DNA from: Podarcis muralis
Taxonomy: Eukaryota
Direction of reading: 5' to 3'
Assembly: GCF_964188315.1 (NCBI RefSeq)
Contig: NC_135662.1
Location: 42,532,001 to 42,596,000, forward strand
Length of the DNA stretch: 64,000 nt
The notes beneath the pieces are model-generated. The model made no database searches. It had not been told where the DNA came from and was given only the letters and a program-made list of their open reading frames with translations. Positions 37,042 through 50,200 of the stretch are shown one piece after another (position 1 is the first letter of the stretch; every line of letters begins with the position of its first letter). A program made the translations under genes and the position numbers.

Positions 37042-37620
37042 CCCTCACCCATGACCGTCTCCCAAGCAATACGTAGGACAACTTGGTTACTGGGTCACCT
37101 CAGGCCACAACTTTATTGATTACAGATGTAATGGTCTTTGGCAAGGCATTGGGTATAGTTACATGTCCTCTAACCCGCTTGCTGGGGTATACTGTTAGGA
37201 GTCAACCTAAGGTAAATGGCTCTATAGCACACATCAAGTAGGAACTCCTTGTGGGGTGGCTGCCTTGAGGAGTGCTATGTCCCTAGCCTGGACTTTTGGA
37301 CAGAAGCAGCTCCATCCAGATCCCTTTAATGGGATACCTTTGAAGACTGGAAGGGCAGGCCGAGGCTACAACCTCCCCTCCACCAAAGCCTAAGGCTTAC
37401 CCAATGCAAAAACCACCAAACTGTGACACTTGCAATGAGGTGAGCAAAACCAAAGAACAGAGTCCGTTGGTCTGGTGGACAAATTCCTACCCGACCCTGA
37501 ATACAGCAACCACTTAATCCATAGCAAAGTCTAGCAAAACCAGTAGCACCTTTCTTTGCTGGTTGGGTTCCCTCTGGAAGGAGAAGTCAGGTTGAGACAG
37601 CCCTGGATTGCTACAGGTTG
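37042..37620 (-). mobile_element. Solo LTR-like element, family 1 copy E (5' part missing or unrecognisable)
   Basis: Plus strand GGCCACAACTTTATTG (~37103), GGCATTGGGTA, GATCCCTTTAATGGGATACCTT, CATAGCAAAG are reverse complements of family motifs. Confidence 0.68.
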
Positions 37621-38675
37621 GGTTGAGCAGAACAGCTGTCAGAGGTTGGTGTGTCAGGCAGGAAGGAGAGGCAGCTATGAGCAAGAATATGGAGAAACCA
37701 GGAAACAGAGGGACCATCTTTGTAGGAGAAGGTAGGGAGAGCCTTTCCCACCATACCAGGCCTCTCCTTCCTGCCCCCAAAGCAGCACTGCCCAGGTTTG
37801 CTCCCTCCTGCTTAACAGCTGTTAAGGGGGAGAATCTGATTCTGCACATTGCTGCTCCTTTGAAAGTGCCTTCGTTGTGAGCATTCACAATGCAGCTTTG
37901 CTTGCATGCAGGGAAGCTGCTCTCAGAAGAGCAGTACAATGCAGGATTGGATCTTCCCACTTAGCAGCTGTTAAACAAGGGAATCTGATCCTGTGTGGTG
38001 CTGGTGCACCCCTTCCCAATTGTATTTTCAAACTGTATGTTAAAATTGGGTTTTAACGGATCTGGGATGGGACAGGTGGCCCTGAATGTATGGGGCAGTG
38101 TCTGTGTGCAGCTCTAGTAGCCAGTCATTTTAATGATGGTTCTCTATTGTTGTATACCACCTTGATGTTTTTTCAGATGGTGGTATAATGAATGAAGCCC
38201 ACAAATAAATGAATAAAATGATGTGTTTTATGCTTTCCATTGCATGATATACCTGCTCTAGTGAATATACCAGGGATGGAAGGCATCTGTTTTTAGTGGG
38301 AGCAAACAGGCCTGGGCTCAGGGCTTTGCCTGGAAGGCCAATGAGTAATTGGCTTTGGTGCAGAGAAGAAAACAAGCAGCTTCTCTTGCAGATCAGAATG
38401 TTCCTTTGAAGTGAAGGGAGACTCAGGGAATAAATTGTCACTTGCTTGCTTTGTTTCCAGAATTGCATCACTATGTATTATCTTCCACTTTGGGCAGGCT
38501 GTACTTGCACATCAGAGTCCTTATGTATAATTTCAGGATGATATCCATACACCCTGTGAAGAGGATGCTCTAATTTTGCAGTGATGCGCCAGAAAGAAGT
38601 ATAATCCCCTCTAAATAAGTAGACACTTGTTAAGTCTTGCTGCTGTTAACAGAGCTGTATACAAGTTCAGTGTTT

Positions 38676-38741
38676 GTTGTGTTGTTTAGTCATTTAGTCG
38701 TGTCCGACTCTTCGTGACCCCATGGACCAGAGCACGCCAGG
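38676..38741 (-). mobile_element. Bov-B (RTE) or Sauria-type 3' end, 5'-truncated
   Basis: Minus strand ...GTCCATGGGGTCACGAAGAGTCGGACACGACTAAATGACTAAACAAC; 14-bp TSD CAAGTTCAGTGTTT at 38662-38675 and 38742-38755. Confidence 0.9.
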
Positions 38742-39765
38742 CAAGTTCAGTGTTTAGATTATACCAAAAGATGCCTTTTAGATTTCTTACATACTCATGT
38801 GCCATTCAAACTGGAAAAAAACAAACCTGCATTCTGAATGTTTAACTACAGGAATTTCAACTCCTCCGCTTGTCACTATGTGATGCATGTCCATAAGTAA
38901 CTTTAGGCTACAGCATCATTCCCAGCGTTTCATTATCTTCCCTTCCCCACCCCCACCTCAAACCAGCTTCTCCATTACTTCTTTGACAGACAGATGAGGC
39001 TGTTATCAGAAGTAGCAGATGGCTGAATGAGTCTGTTTTTGAGTTTTCAGTTATATACTTGGAGACCATTTCTTAAAAATATTGTAGAAATGTTATATTA
39101 CAGTACAATTGTGTTGGAGGCAAGGAAAAGATAGATATGTAGAAAGGAGAATTCTTGCATGAAAAGTTGCAAGTTTGGGGCAAGTACTCTTGGGTGAGAG
39201 AACCCCAGCAAATATTCAAAATAACAAAATATGCGGTAATGTAAAGTGTCGAAATATAGGCTATTAGGGCCTGTAAAATATGCCATTATGAGTTCCAAAA
39301 TATTCCCCACTTCCCCAAGCATTGAAAAAGACCACGTTTGGTAAGCTAAAAAGACATTGGTACACTGATCAAGGACGGAAGTACGGAGGGAGGGGCATGT
39401 GTGCTCGATGTTCATTCCTGACTTGCTGAATTATGGTTGCTATCTGTGGTCAAACTGGGTCAATTTCTATTATACCATATGCTACAGGGAGGAAAAGGGA
39501 CAAACAATAGGCCTCTCATAGCCAATGCAATGAATAGTCTCCCTTTTAAAAAAAATCAGATCGCAGAAGCAAGTAAGACAAGGCACATGTTGCTGGGAAA
39601 CACAACATACATTTTATAAAACGCACATTAAGCAAAACGAGAGTACCTGTCATGCAGCCACACCTGAATCATTTTAAGGTAAGAAAGAACAAGAAATAAA
39701 TCCCCAAACAACACTTGGAAATATGAAGCGTGTGGATTTTCGAATAGGCCTAAAATAAACTGATT

Positions 39766-39955
39766 GCTTGTTGTCTTTGTCCATGGAGTTTTCTTGGCAG
39801 GGATACTGGTGTGGCTTGCCGGTTCCTGCTCCAGGTGGATCACGTTTGGTCAAAACTCTCCACTATGATCTGTCTGTCTTGCGTGGCCCTGCACGGCATA
39901 GTTCTTAGCTTCTCTGAGTTATTCAAGCCCCTTCACCATGGCAAGGCAGTGATCC
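39766..39955 (-). mobile_element. Bov-B 5' end region
   Basis: Minus strand GGATCACTGCCTTGCCATGGTGAAGGGGCTTGAATAACTCAGAGAAGCT...GCAGGGCCACGCAAGAC...GGCAAGCCAC..CAGTATC matches my recollection of the Bov-B 5' region. Confidence 0.7.
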
Positions 39956-40100
39956 AAGAAGAATTGATGCTTTTGAATTATGGTGCTGGAGGAGACTCTT
40001 GAGAGTCCCATGGACTGCAAGAAGATCAAACCTCTCCATTCTTAAGGAAATCAGCCCTGAGTGCTCACCGGAAGGACAGATCCTGAAGCTTAGGCTCTAA
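39956..40100 (+). mobile_element. Bov-B ORF C-terminal fragment
   Basis: Translates RIDAFELWCWRRLLRVPWTARRSNLSILKEISPECSPEGQILKLRL; no 3' tail follows. Confidence 0.85.
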
Positions 40101-42211
40101 TTTGGTATTTGCCTCCAATTTGGTAGACCTAATACACTTCAGAGAGGCTTCTGTGTCTGTAAATGTCATCCTCTTCGGATGAAAGGCGGGAAAGTTACAG
40201 CCAATTTCGAATTCCCATGATAGTGAAAGGAGAACCCAGAGTTTTAAGTGACTCAAAATGCAAAATACACACACACAGAGAGCATACATAATTATTCAAA
40301 AACAGATTGGTTTTTTTTTTAATGCACAGATCCAAATATAAGGAAATTTTTCAGGCTGGTGAACCCTCCTAATATTCAGATTTAGATCACTGTGCCTCAG
40401 GGTTCAATGGATTTTTGCAGGATATTGGTAATGTTTACTCTCAGTATCATTTTTTGTGTGGGCATTGTATAAAAAAGTCCCAACAATGTTCAGCCCACTG
40501 CCTATACTGCTATCTTTTAAAATTGATATGTTGAAGATCTGTCCCAAGTGATGAGAATTTCTCATGCTAGATATCCTATGAGCAATTCATGGATCCTGGA
40601 CCCACAGACATTGCTGAAAACTTGGTACTGTCTTATGGAAACAATTATTTGTTTTAAAATACCGATATAAAAATAGGCATTACAATATATTTTTAACATG
40701 TGTGGTATTATAGTGACATATAAACCTTCCATTCTACAAAAAAAACTTGTGATAGATTTTTATACATTTGTGTAGGTTTATGTAAATGTGTATGGTATAT
40801 TTGTGTCTTGCTAATATATTGTGGTTTTGCAAAAAGCTGCATCTGAATAAAAAAAGTTACATTGCTGTTTTCTTGCTCCTGTTATTTGCTAGACATATTA
40901 TTCTAGGGCTTAGATTCCCAGTCCAAGGAATTTCATTTGGTGCAGTGTTGTATCTCCCACTGCAAAAAATAATTCATATCTACAAAACAAAAAAGGAACT
41001 GGAAAATGGTTTATAAATGTTCTATGGTGTTTGGCAGGTGGTCTCTTGTGATCAGTAAAATGTATTTCCCCATGATCGTGCAGTGAACATGGCATGATGT
41101 TTTTACACCTTCATTAATGCAATACATCTCAATATAATTCTCGATCAACTGGATATGAAATGGGTATGTTATACTCACCCCACTTCTCTGAGTGATGAGA
41201 AGTTCCGGAGGTGCAGTTCTTACCCAGGTTTGGCTCTCTTTTGAAGGGGGAGGCGGTGCTGGATCAGTACAGCAGAGCCATTAAATGTTTAAAGATTCCC
41301 TACCCCCTTCCGAGTATGGATCTGAGCCTCCACACCTGTGATTTGTTTAGAAAGCCATTTGCTCAATTGCTGAATTGTGTGCTGGCATTAAGTGTAGCTT
41401 GGCCCTATGATTTTTAACTAAACTAATATAGAACCGTGCATTATTTGTTGCTACAAATACCACTTACAGAAACATGGGATTTTTTTTTATTTTTAACTTG
41501 TAATTGAAAACGACTTCAGAAAAAAGTGTAGCAATTTCAACTTCTTCAATTACTGTGAAATATTATCTTCATAGATCTTGCCCTGAAGCCTCTGGTGAGT
41601 TTTGTTTTGTTTTGTTATAAAAAGCAATAGCTAGAAAGAGCATTTCTTCCATTTTTGCTGTCATCACAGTTATTGCATCTTTTTGCTTATCAGACAAGAA
41701 ACACAGCTTGGAATTGAGGTAGCTTCTTCCCAACAGGTATGTCTGTCTTGTCCCAGTGAAAGGTGAGCAATTACATTGTGGAGATCAGAATACTAAAGTC
41801 AGGCAAAGAAAACAGATGTTATTTAATAGGCAAGATTAAGCGATCAAAACAAGTCATGTGAAAGATCCAGGATGAATTCACATTACTGGCTGATAATTCA
41901 GTAAATCTGTGTTTTGTTTTGTTTTTGAGGTTGGCTGTAATCTGGATATATGCTGTTTATCTCATTGAGCTGCACCCAAATTTCATGAGGGGGCAATTGA
42001 AACTCATCTTGTGACTGGAGAAAAAAGAGTGGTGTGAATTCACTCTAAAGCTATGCATGCTTACCTGGGAGAAAGCCCCACTGAACACAAATGAGTTTAC
42101 TTCCTAGTAAACATGCAAGGGGCTGCAATCTAAAGCAGAAATCCTTTGCATGCTTATTTTGAAGAAATTCTCATTGAAAACAATGGTATTTGTTTCTAAG
42201 TAAACATACAT

Positions 42212-42482
42212 GCTCACTGGAAGGACAGATCGTGAAGCTGAGGCTCCAGTACTTTGGCCACCTCATGAGAAGAGAAGACTCCCTGGAAAAGACCCTGATG
42301 TTGGGAAAGATTGAGGGCACAAGGAGAAGGGGACGACAGAGGACGAGATGGTTGGACAGTGTTCTCGAAGCTACAAACATGAGTCTGACCAGACTGCGGG
42401 AGGCAGTGGAAGACAGGAGTGTCTGGCATGCTCTGGTCCATGGGGTCACGAAGAGTTGGACACAACTAAACGACTAAACAAC
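42212..42482 (+). mobile_element. Bov-B 3' fragment
   Basis: Translates SLEGQIVKLRLQYFGHLMRREDSLEKTLMLGKIEGTRRRGRQRTRWLD...; tail CTAAACAACAAC; TSD AACATACAT (42203-42211, 42483-42491), followed by (TACA)n. Confidence 0.92.
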
Positions 42483-43844
42483 AACATACATACATACATA
42501 CATACATACATAGGATTGCTCTATAATTCTATTGCTCATATGACCTGCTTCTTGTATCAATCAGTTCAGACTAGTATATCTGGTCTAATTGAAGTACTGT
42601 ACTACCATTGGTTTTGTTTTTGCATATGTGAATCTGAAATTTTGTGCAAGGCAAACTCTGAGTTCAGGTGAAGGACAAGCTGAAAAGGGAGGTAGGATTT
42701 GGATCATGGGCATAATGGGATCTTAGGTAACAGCCTACCAAAAATATCACTAAGAGCCAGCCATTTAATGAAAGCAGGACAGTAAAAGTTCTAAAAAAAG
42801 ACTCAAAGTGTCAATCAAATGGAGAAAGTAACAATTTCCTAAAAATATAAAGAGGCACTTCTGAAATGTCATTACAGATAAGGACAGGGGTTATTGCTTT
42901 CAGTGGTACAATTTTTGGACTCGAGCAATTTTGAGTGAATTCATCAATTCCATTGAACTTACTTATTTGGCAAGTCCAGTTTGTTAAAGCAGGAATGCCA
43001 GAGTAGCCTTCGGGGTGGTCCCATCCATTGCACGAACCTTTTGCTTCCATGAGGAGTAGAATAGAATATGCAAAACATATTCTATTGACAGCGTTTTTTA
43101 TTGCAGCAGCAGAGAATGGGTGAGGACAGGTATCAGAAAGGAAGTTTCATCTAAACATTTTCTCAATTCATTTGGACTGCTAAATTAGCATTCCCTACTG
43201 CTAATAGGCATCATGGCCCCTCCAAATGGGTCTGCATTTGAGGCCATGGCAAGGTTGTGTAGAGCTCCTCAAAAGGGGGAACTTATTTTTAGCTGAACAC
43301 TCAGAGTCTTCAGAAGTCAGTGCTTCCTTTAGACATCTGAATCCTTTCTCTCTGCAGGTGAAGATGGTGACACACAGATGGAACTCATTACCTACAGTGC
43401 CACACGCTGCTCAGGAGGAATTTAATGAGAGCTGAGGAAAGTGGCTCAGACGTTTACCATTGTCTTCCATCAGTGAGCATCAAGACAACTGCGGGCGGTA
43501 TGACAGGCAGCCCCTGTATCAGCAAGGGGATTTGCATACCGGGGATGGCAGTGTCTCCTTCCTAAAAAAGGGCTAAGCAATCAAAGGAAGCTCGCCTGTC
43601 ACTGAGACTAGAAAGCCAAGTATGGCAATAGCATTAGCAGGCTCCAAGGGAAATGGGCACCTACATGTAATCTTCTTTAAAATAATCTGTTACGAATGGA
43701 AGGTGTTATTTTGATGATATAGCTACCTGAATACCTCTATAAAATAATTCTAATTCAATTTTTGTTTCAGGGAAACAGGGGCTGGATTGTCCTCAAAGGG
43801 AACAATAATGTTTTTCTTTTAGCAAAACCACCTCTATACTGCTT

Positions 43845-44217
43845 AAAGGTAAAGGTAAAGGTACCCCTGACCGTTAGGTCCAGTCACGGACGACTCTGGG
43901 GTTGCGCGCTCATCTCGCTCTATAGGCCGAGGGAGGCTGGCGTTTGTCTGTTGTCATGTGGCCAGCCTGACTAAGCTGCTTCTGGCGAACCAGAGCAGCA
44001 CGCGGAAATGCCGTTTACCTTCCTGCTGGAGCAGTACCTATTTATCTACTTGCACTTGACGTGCTTTCGAACTAGGAGATTGCACTTGATGTGCTTTCGA
44101 ACTAGGAGCTGGGACCGAACAACAGGAGCTCACCCCGTCGCAGGGATTTGAACCATTGACCTTCTGATTGGCAAGCCCTAGGCTCTGTGGTTTAGACCAC
44201 AGAGCCACCTGCGTCCC
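43845..44217 (-). mobile_element. Sauria SINE with an internal duplication
   Basis: Head GGGACGCAGGTGGCTCTGTGG on minus; (ACCTTT)n tail; TSD CTATACTG(C/T)TT at 43834-43844 and 44218-44228; TTGCACTTGA(C/T)GTGCTTTCGAACTAGGAG present twice. Confidence 0.92.
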
Positions 44218-45212
44218 CTATACTGTTTAATATAGTATAAATATCTCTTAGCAATGTACAAAACACTGAAGCAACAACAGACAACTTGAACAAAATATTA
44301 CTAAAATACAGGTACCTAGATTCCCCCCCCCATTAATACAAAGTTACTGATAAATATAAATTCATATATTTATTCATATATTCAATATCAATTCATTTTC
44401 CTTCTGACACACCCACTTCTCAGCCACTGGGTTCTCATCCGTGGTTCAACAAACTCACCCACAAAAGTATCCCAACAAGGATACTTTTCTAGAAACAGCG
44501 GACATCACCTTAGTCTCTCACTCTAGACTTGCTTTTTATGGGCAGTCCCAAGGTGGATGGTATTTCCTCAGGGCGCACCCAGCTGTGCCCCATTCAGCTG
44601 CACTCTCTACACCCAGTGCCAGGTACAGCAGATTTGTTCCTTTTCCTAGGGGGTCCAAAGGATGGGAAGAGGATTAAAACAACCAGTACTGAGATGGGTT
44701 TTTGAAAGGGGTGGGGTGGGGGCCAGAGAGAGAGATATACATTTTAAGGTACTTTGATCACATCCCAAAACACACATTATTTTCTGCTCTTTGGCCTCCC
44801 TTGATGTATCGGAGCACAATTATTTCTCTTAATTCACATGAATCAGAACTAGAGACACAGAAAAGTATCAGAGCAACACAAACCCTGCATGTTTTGGACT
44901 CTGCATGCTGCGCCACAAAATTCACTTTGATCAGTAAAATCTGATTGGAACAAAACAATAGCTATGCCCCAGGTTTGGTAATGTCACCAGAACACCGAGA
45001 GGACACAGTGTCATGTAGGCATAGCAGCCAATTTGTCCAGTCTCAGTGCTTGCTTAGCTGTGCAGCGACTCATTAGATGAGGCATATATACGACTCTAGC
45101 GTGATGTGGCTTTCCTAGTGTGACAGGCAGAAAGTAAAACCACTGCAGTAGCATATGCTGCTACATTACTACCAACATCAGAAACTTTGAGTAGGAAAAG
45201 AATGTGCTGTAG

Positions 45213-45215
<3 letters not shown>

Positions 45216-45254
<39 letters not shown>
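45216..45254. repeat. (AT)n microsatellite
   Basis: Direct reading of sequence. Confidence 0.95.
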
Positions 45255-45256
<2 letters not shown>

Positions 45257-46401
45257 TGAGCAATGGGAGGTTGGTTTTAATGAAGACTCATTTATCTAAC
45301 TGCAGTTTCAAATTGGATTTGCCTTATCACCTGCCATCTCCCCATTCCTTGCCCCCACTGTTTGACATTAAAACTGCATTCATCACCTCACTTACCTGGA
45401 AGTAAGCACCATTAAAATCAATCAGATTTGTTTTATTTTGGGTAAAGGGAGAAAGCAGCTGGATTACAGGAATGCAGGAGTTTAACATTTATTTTAGATC
45501 TGATTTTATTGAATACTTTAATAAATGGTCACATGCCCCAAACTTTTAGTATGGGAACAAAAGGAAAGAGAGAAGAAATGAACAGAATCACTTCCCCAAA
45601 TACCTCCTTTCTTTTTAATCTTTCCTTCCTCTCTTCCCAAAGGAACTCATCAGGCCTTCGTGACAACATTCATCCCTCTAGTGTCTCCATTATACCAGTC
45701 TGATTCACCCATGACTATTACAGGCTCTTGCCTATATGGATTCCCTATTCATCTTGTCTCCTCTTAAGACCGGATAGAACCTTTAAAAGATTTATGTGCC
45801 ACCCAGACCTTGTGCCCTCTGTTCCCTAATAATCTTTACGCCATCCATAGAGCATTTCAATGTTAAATAATGAAAGCCACTCCATGATTATTCTGCTAGG
45901 TGCTGAGATGTTTACCGAGTCTTGTATAGAAAATCTGGCTTATTAAAGTGATTGGAAGCTGTGTGCCTCCAGCAGTGCAGCTTGAGGACTTGTGCAGTTG
46001 TGGAAGCGATCCTATGCCCATTTATCTAGGTTTAATACCATGGAACTCAAAGGGGTTTACCCCTGAGTATACACTGTAAGTTTCACTGATTTCAATAAAA
46101 CATGGCTGCATCACTTTCCTTTAAACTGGAGATGGGGATTCCAAGACCCTATAAATGTTGTTACCCCATCAGCATGAGGCAGGGTAGATGGTCAGGGATG
46201 ATGGAAGTTGGAGTCCAGCAGCATCTGGAAAGCTGCAGTTTAACCATCCTGCCTTAAAATCTTTAATGCGCACCCAGAAGATGAATCCTTGAAGGTTGCT
46301 TAGAATTTACCCTGTCTTTTACATATGGAAGGAATGTATTTTGTTGCAAATCTTGATGAATTCTAGTGCTCTCTAAGAATAAAGTCTGAACAAAAGACAC
46401 T

Positions 46402-46537
46402 GGATAGCTCAGCGGGTAAAAGTGTGGTGCTGATAGCTGCAGGTTTGATTCCTGTATGGGACAGCTGCATATTCCTTCATTGCAGGGGGTTGAACTAGAT
46501 GATCCTCAAGGTCCCTTCCAACTCTGTGATTTTATGA
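46402..46537 (+). mobile_element. tRNA-head / CR1-tail SINE
   Basis: A-box TAGCTCAGCGG, B-box GGTTTGATTCC, then CR1-like 3' end GGGTTGAACTAGATGATCCTCAAGGTCCCTTCCAACTCTGTGATTTTATGA. Confidence 0.85.
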
Positions 46538-46894
46538 GAAAACACCCTAGTGCTGGTCTGGCATTAGCACATAATACCGTTGGGCATCTTCTGATGCCTC
46601 AGAACTCCTGAACGTCCCAAAATAATGAATGCCTTGTGTGTTCCTTGATCTAGGAGCCTCCATATTAAATTCCCACATTGCCCCAATGTAGTACCACAGG
46701 CATTTCCCAAACCCAAATGCTTTTCAAAGGACAGGCATCATCTAGATGAAATTAAAATGGTGGTACCTAGACCTAGTTGTTGGGCAATACCATCAGGTGA
46801 GCAAGAGGAAGAGGGACAGTCTGTTAGAAGCCGGTTTGCTACGAGCCCAGTCTCCTCTGTCTTTGGGAAGAATGGCCAAATATAGTTTATATTA

Positions 46895-47217
46895 CGGATG
46901 GGCAACCTTTTTTCAGTCTGAGGGTTGCATTCCCTTCTGGGCAACCTTCTGAAGACTACATATGTCAATGGTTGGCAGGGCCAGATGCTAAAGTTCATGG
47001 AGAAACAAATGGAGACTAGTTTCTGCACACTTACGCACTCCTCTCTATCAGGCAAACAAAGGACATTATCTGAGTTCAATGACACCTTTGACCCAGGCAA
47101 AAATGCTTGGGGTGTGAAGCAGGGTCAGTGAGGAGTGTGGCCTGAGGAGATTTCTGCTGCTAAAGAGAGAGACCTGGTGGGATGCATTCACACCCCAGAT
47201 CTGAGGTTCCTCATCTG
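46895..47217. mobile_element. hAT-type MITE, degenerate
   Basis: GGATGGGCAACC left end and GGTTCCTCATCTG right end. Confidence 0.6.
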
Positions 47218-50200
47218 CTTTATATATTTGTATCTGGAGAGGCCCTTGGCATGCCCTTGGAAATTCAACCAGCTTCTATTCCAAAACCAAATAAAAAGCA
47301 CCAGGTAACTTTGCTCCAATTCAGTTAATGAGAAAATGCTTATGATGCCCCCCTCTCATTTTACAAGAGTCATTAAACTTAAGAGTGTCATATAAACGGA
47401 ATGACCAGTTACAGGGGATGCAGTCTACATAGAGGAGAGTTTCTTTCCATGCTCACAGAACTCAAGGCTCTCCTCTATGTGCTCTTGTCTCTGCCTGCTG
47501 CTTTTGGGACTCTTCTTCTGCATCTGCAGTCCTTTTCTAAATAAAATTTTATTTTGATCAATATGTCTTTATAGAGTGCTTTGCAAAGACATGCTGAATT
47601 ATTAAGCTGTGAATGTAATGTTCTTTCATCCACTTTAGTACCTTTGTCACAGCCCCAGACTTCAAAGCTCCTCTGTGATAATGAGCTTTTTTTCTTTTCC
47701 TTGTGTCTACATTTAATATATTTTCTGTTGTTAAAACTGCATCCCCACATGAAATTATTTTCCAAATCCCTGTACTTATGTTTGATGTCAGCATCTACAG
47801 AGCAGTTTCCCCCTTTTTTCCTACTGTTCCCCCTTCACCCCCCCACCCCTTTGGAGATATGCATTTCCTCTTCTTTAATTCACTTTTTGGTTTTATTCCC
47901 CCCCTCCTTTCCTATTTTTAATTGAGGGATGCATTTTCATTCATTACATTGTTTCAATCTGATTTTTAAATGACTGACTTTCTGCCTTTGAAACTCTTCT
48001 TTCAAGGTTTCTGGCTCATTTTGAAAGCTTACTTCCAAGACAGTTCTGCGGAAGAATTAGGCTTTTTGAGTTTCTCTTTTGTTAACAGCAGATCAAGCGT
48101 TCCTTGGAACTTGGCGTGACCTTTTCCAACTTTTGATGTTTTTTATATTTCTGAGGTTAGCTGCCTTCATATCTCTGCTTCAACAGGGAGCTTAGATCAG
48201 TGAGAATTAGCAGGGGATTGAAGTGGTATTTCCCCCACCCCTTCTGATCAACAGCCTAGATACTATAGCTTTATTTTTCACCTGTAATGCTTCCATGTTA
48301 TATGGCAGATTTTGTAGCTTATATTCTCAGTTAAAAATAAAATAAAATTCCACATTCTATGTTGTTTTAAAACTCACAAGGTCAGGCACTGTCATTGTTC
48401 ATATTCATCTGACTGAAGAGTACAGCATGTTGCTCTTTGGGGAATGTTTCCTTTTAAATGCAATGCCGAGATTGTTCCATGCATCCCTCCTCCTTCATGC
48501 AAAACGAAACCTTCCCACATTCCTGTGGCAATATTTCAAGAGAAAGTATACACTGGGAATGGGCCCGCTATAGTCTGCTTTACACTTGGTCCCTGGACCA
48601 AGGATAAGACATCTAGCTCAATTTCCTGGCTCTCCCTTGAACAACTGAACTTGCAGGTTTGTTTGTTCCTGCAACGAAAAATGTGATGGGGATATTCAGT
48701 GCTACACTTGTGCAGATTTACTCTCTCCATCAAACACAGTGCTGGGGGGGCGGCTTGGGGACAAACACCTCCCATAAAAAAAGAGGAGCCCACTCTCACT
48801 TGCTGCCCATTTCTGAACATATGCTTTTTTAATATAAATAATTTTTATTAATCTTCTTTTCTCAAAACAAATATCCAGTATCATTGCTAAACATACATTT
48901 TCCAATTTCCTCCCTTCCTGTTGACTTCCCTCAACTACCATTTCTGGTTTATTACGTCAGATGATACATTCTGATGTTTATACACAATACTATATACTTT
49001 GCCCTTTCTGTCCCTCCTGCCATTTTGTTCTGGTGTCTCGACTCCTCTCTGCTACACCTTGTATTCTGGGATGAGCAGTGTCATCGTGGACTCTCAAATT
49101 ATCCACCAGGAATTTGCACTTTTTGCTTTGTAGCAGTCTAAACAACCTTTGGAAACGGGCTTCTAGTTGAGACTCACTGCCCAGCTCTAATTTCTATGGT
49201 TACTGTCAATGGCACATCCTTCAGGTTTTTTTATTGCTTTAAAACAAAAAACGAAAACCCAGAAGTGGCTGGGGAGGGGAGCTTCATGCTGCTTACAGCG
49301 ACTTGAGGCTTTTTAATGCAACTTTCCACCATCTGCACTTCTTGATGTGACCTGGAACAACACCACATCATGTTGCATCGTGTCACCCCTTCTCCCTCAA
49401 GGTATTCTGGGAACTGCAGCCAGCGGAAAGTGGCATGAGAGTCTCTCCACAGCTTCCTATGAGCCGCACTTCCTTAAATGCTTTCAGAACAAGACTATGT
49501 TACATCACAACAGTCCCAATGCAGTCCCAAGAAATGTGAGTGGACTTTTAGAGAAAGTTATAAAAGCAAAGAGGAGGGGACTGGAAAACCCTTGACTACT
49601 TAATGAAATTAAGTAAGGTAAGCAGCATGCTCCCCTGAAAAAACTCCCTCCATTATCTTTTTTTTTTGGGGGGGGGGGAGCCCTATTTTGCCCTCACCTA
49701 TCTATTGTATGATTGAAAAACAATTGGCTAAAATGTTCGTCTATACTGAATTTTAGAGACATTGTGGGTTATCTTTACCTGTCCTTGAGTTAGTACGGAG
49801 GAAACACACACAAACCATGTTTTAAATTTTGCAGCATCCAAAGCCCCAAAATAAAACAACAAAGTTGAATAAGTCTAAACTCATTACAAAAGAACTTCAT
49901 TTTTGATCATTTGAGACACATTTTAACTGATCCTCAAGGAATCGAAAGACAGCATTATTTACCTGCATGAGACTAATATACTGTGATAAATCATACTGTG
50001 CACATTCCCCCCCCCTGCACAGCTGTAAACCTATCTGCATGTTCATTAACTTCTCAATGTCTCTCTTTATTTATTAGTTTTGATTGCTGGCTTTCCATGA
50101 ACAATTAATTCCCAGCTCCCGGATCATAAATTTCAATTGTGTTTAGGCATTCTTGGATGTTTAAAAATACATATAATGTAAGTTTCTAATGGATTATATT

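Noticed and set aside
46402-46470. tRNA gene (also ~15660, ~53150 and the Sauria SINE heads)
   Set aside because: A/B boxes are present but there is no cloverleaf, and they run into SINE bodies.
47480-48200. Possible L1 ORF1/ORF2 junction (WKIISC... on minus)
   Set aside because: Resemblance to the endonuclease start is too weak to support.
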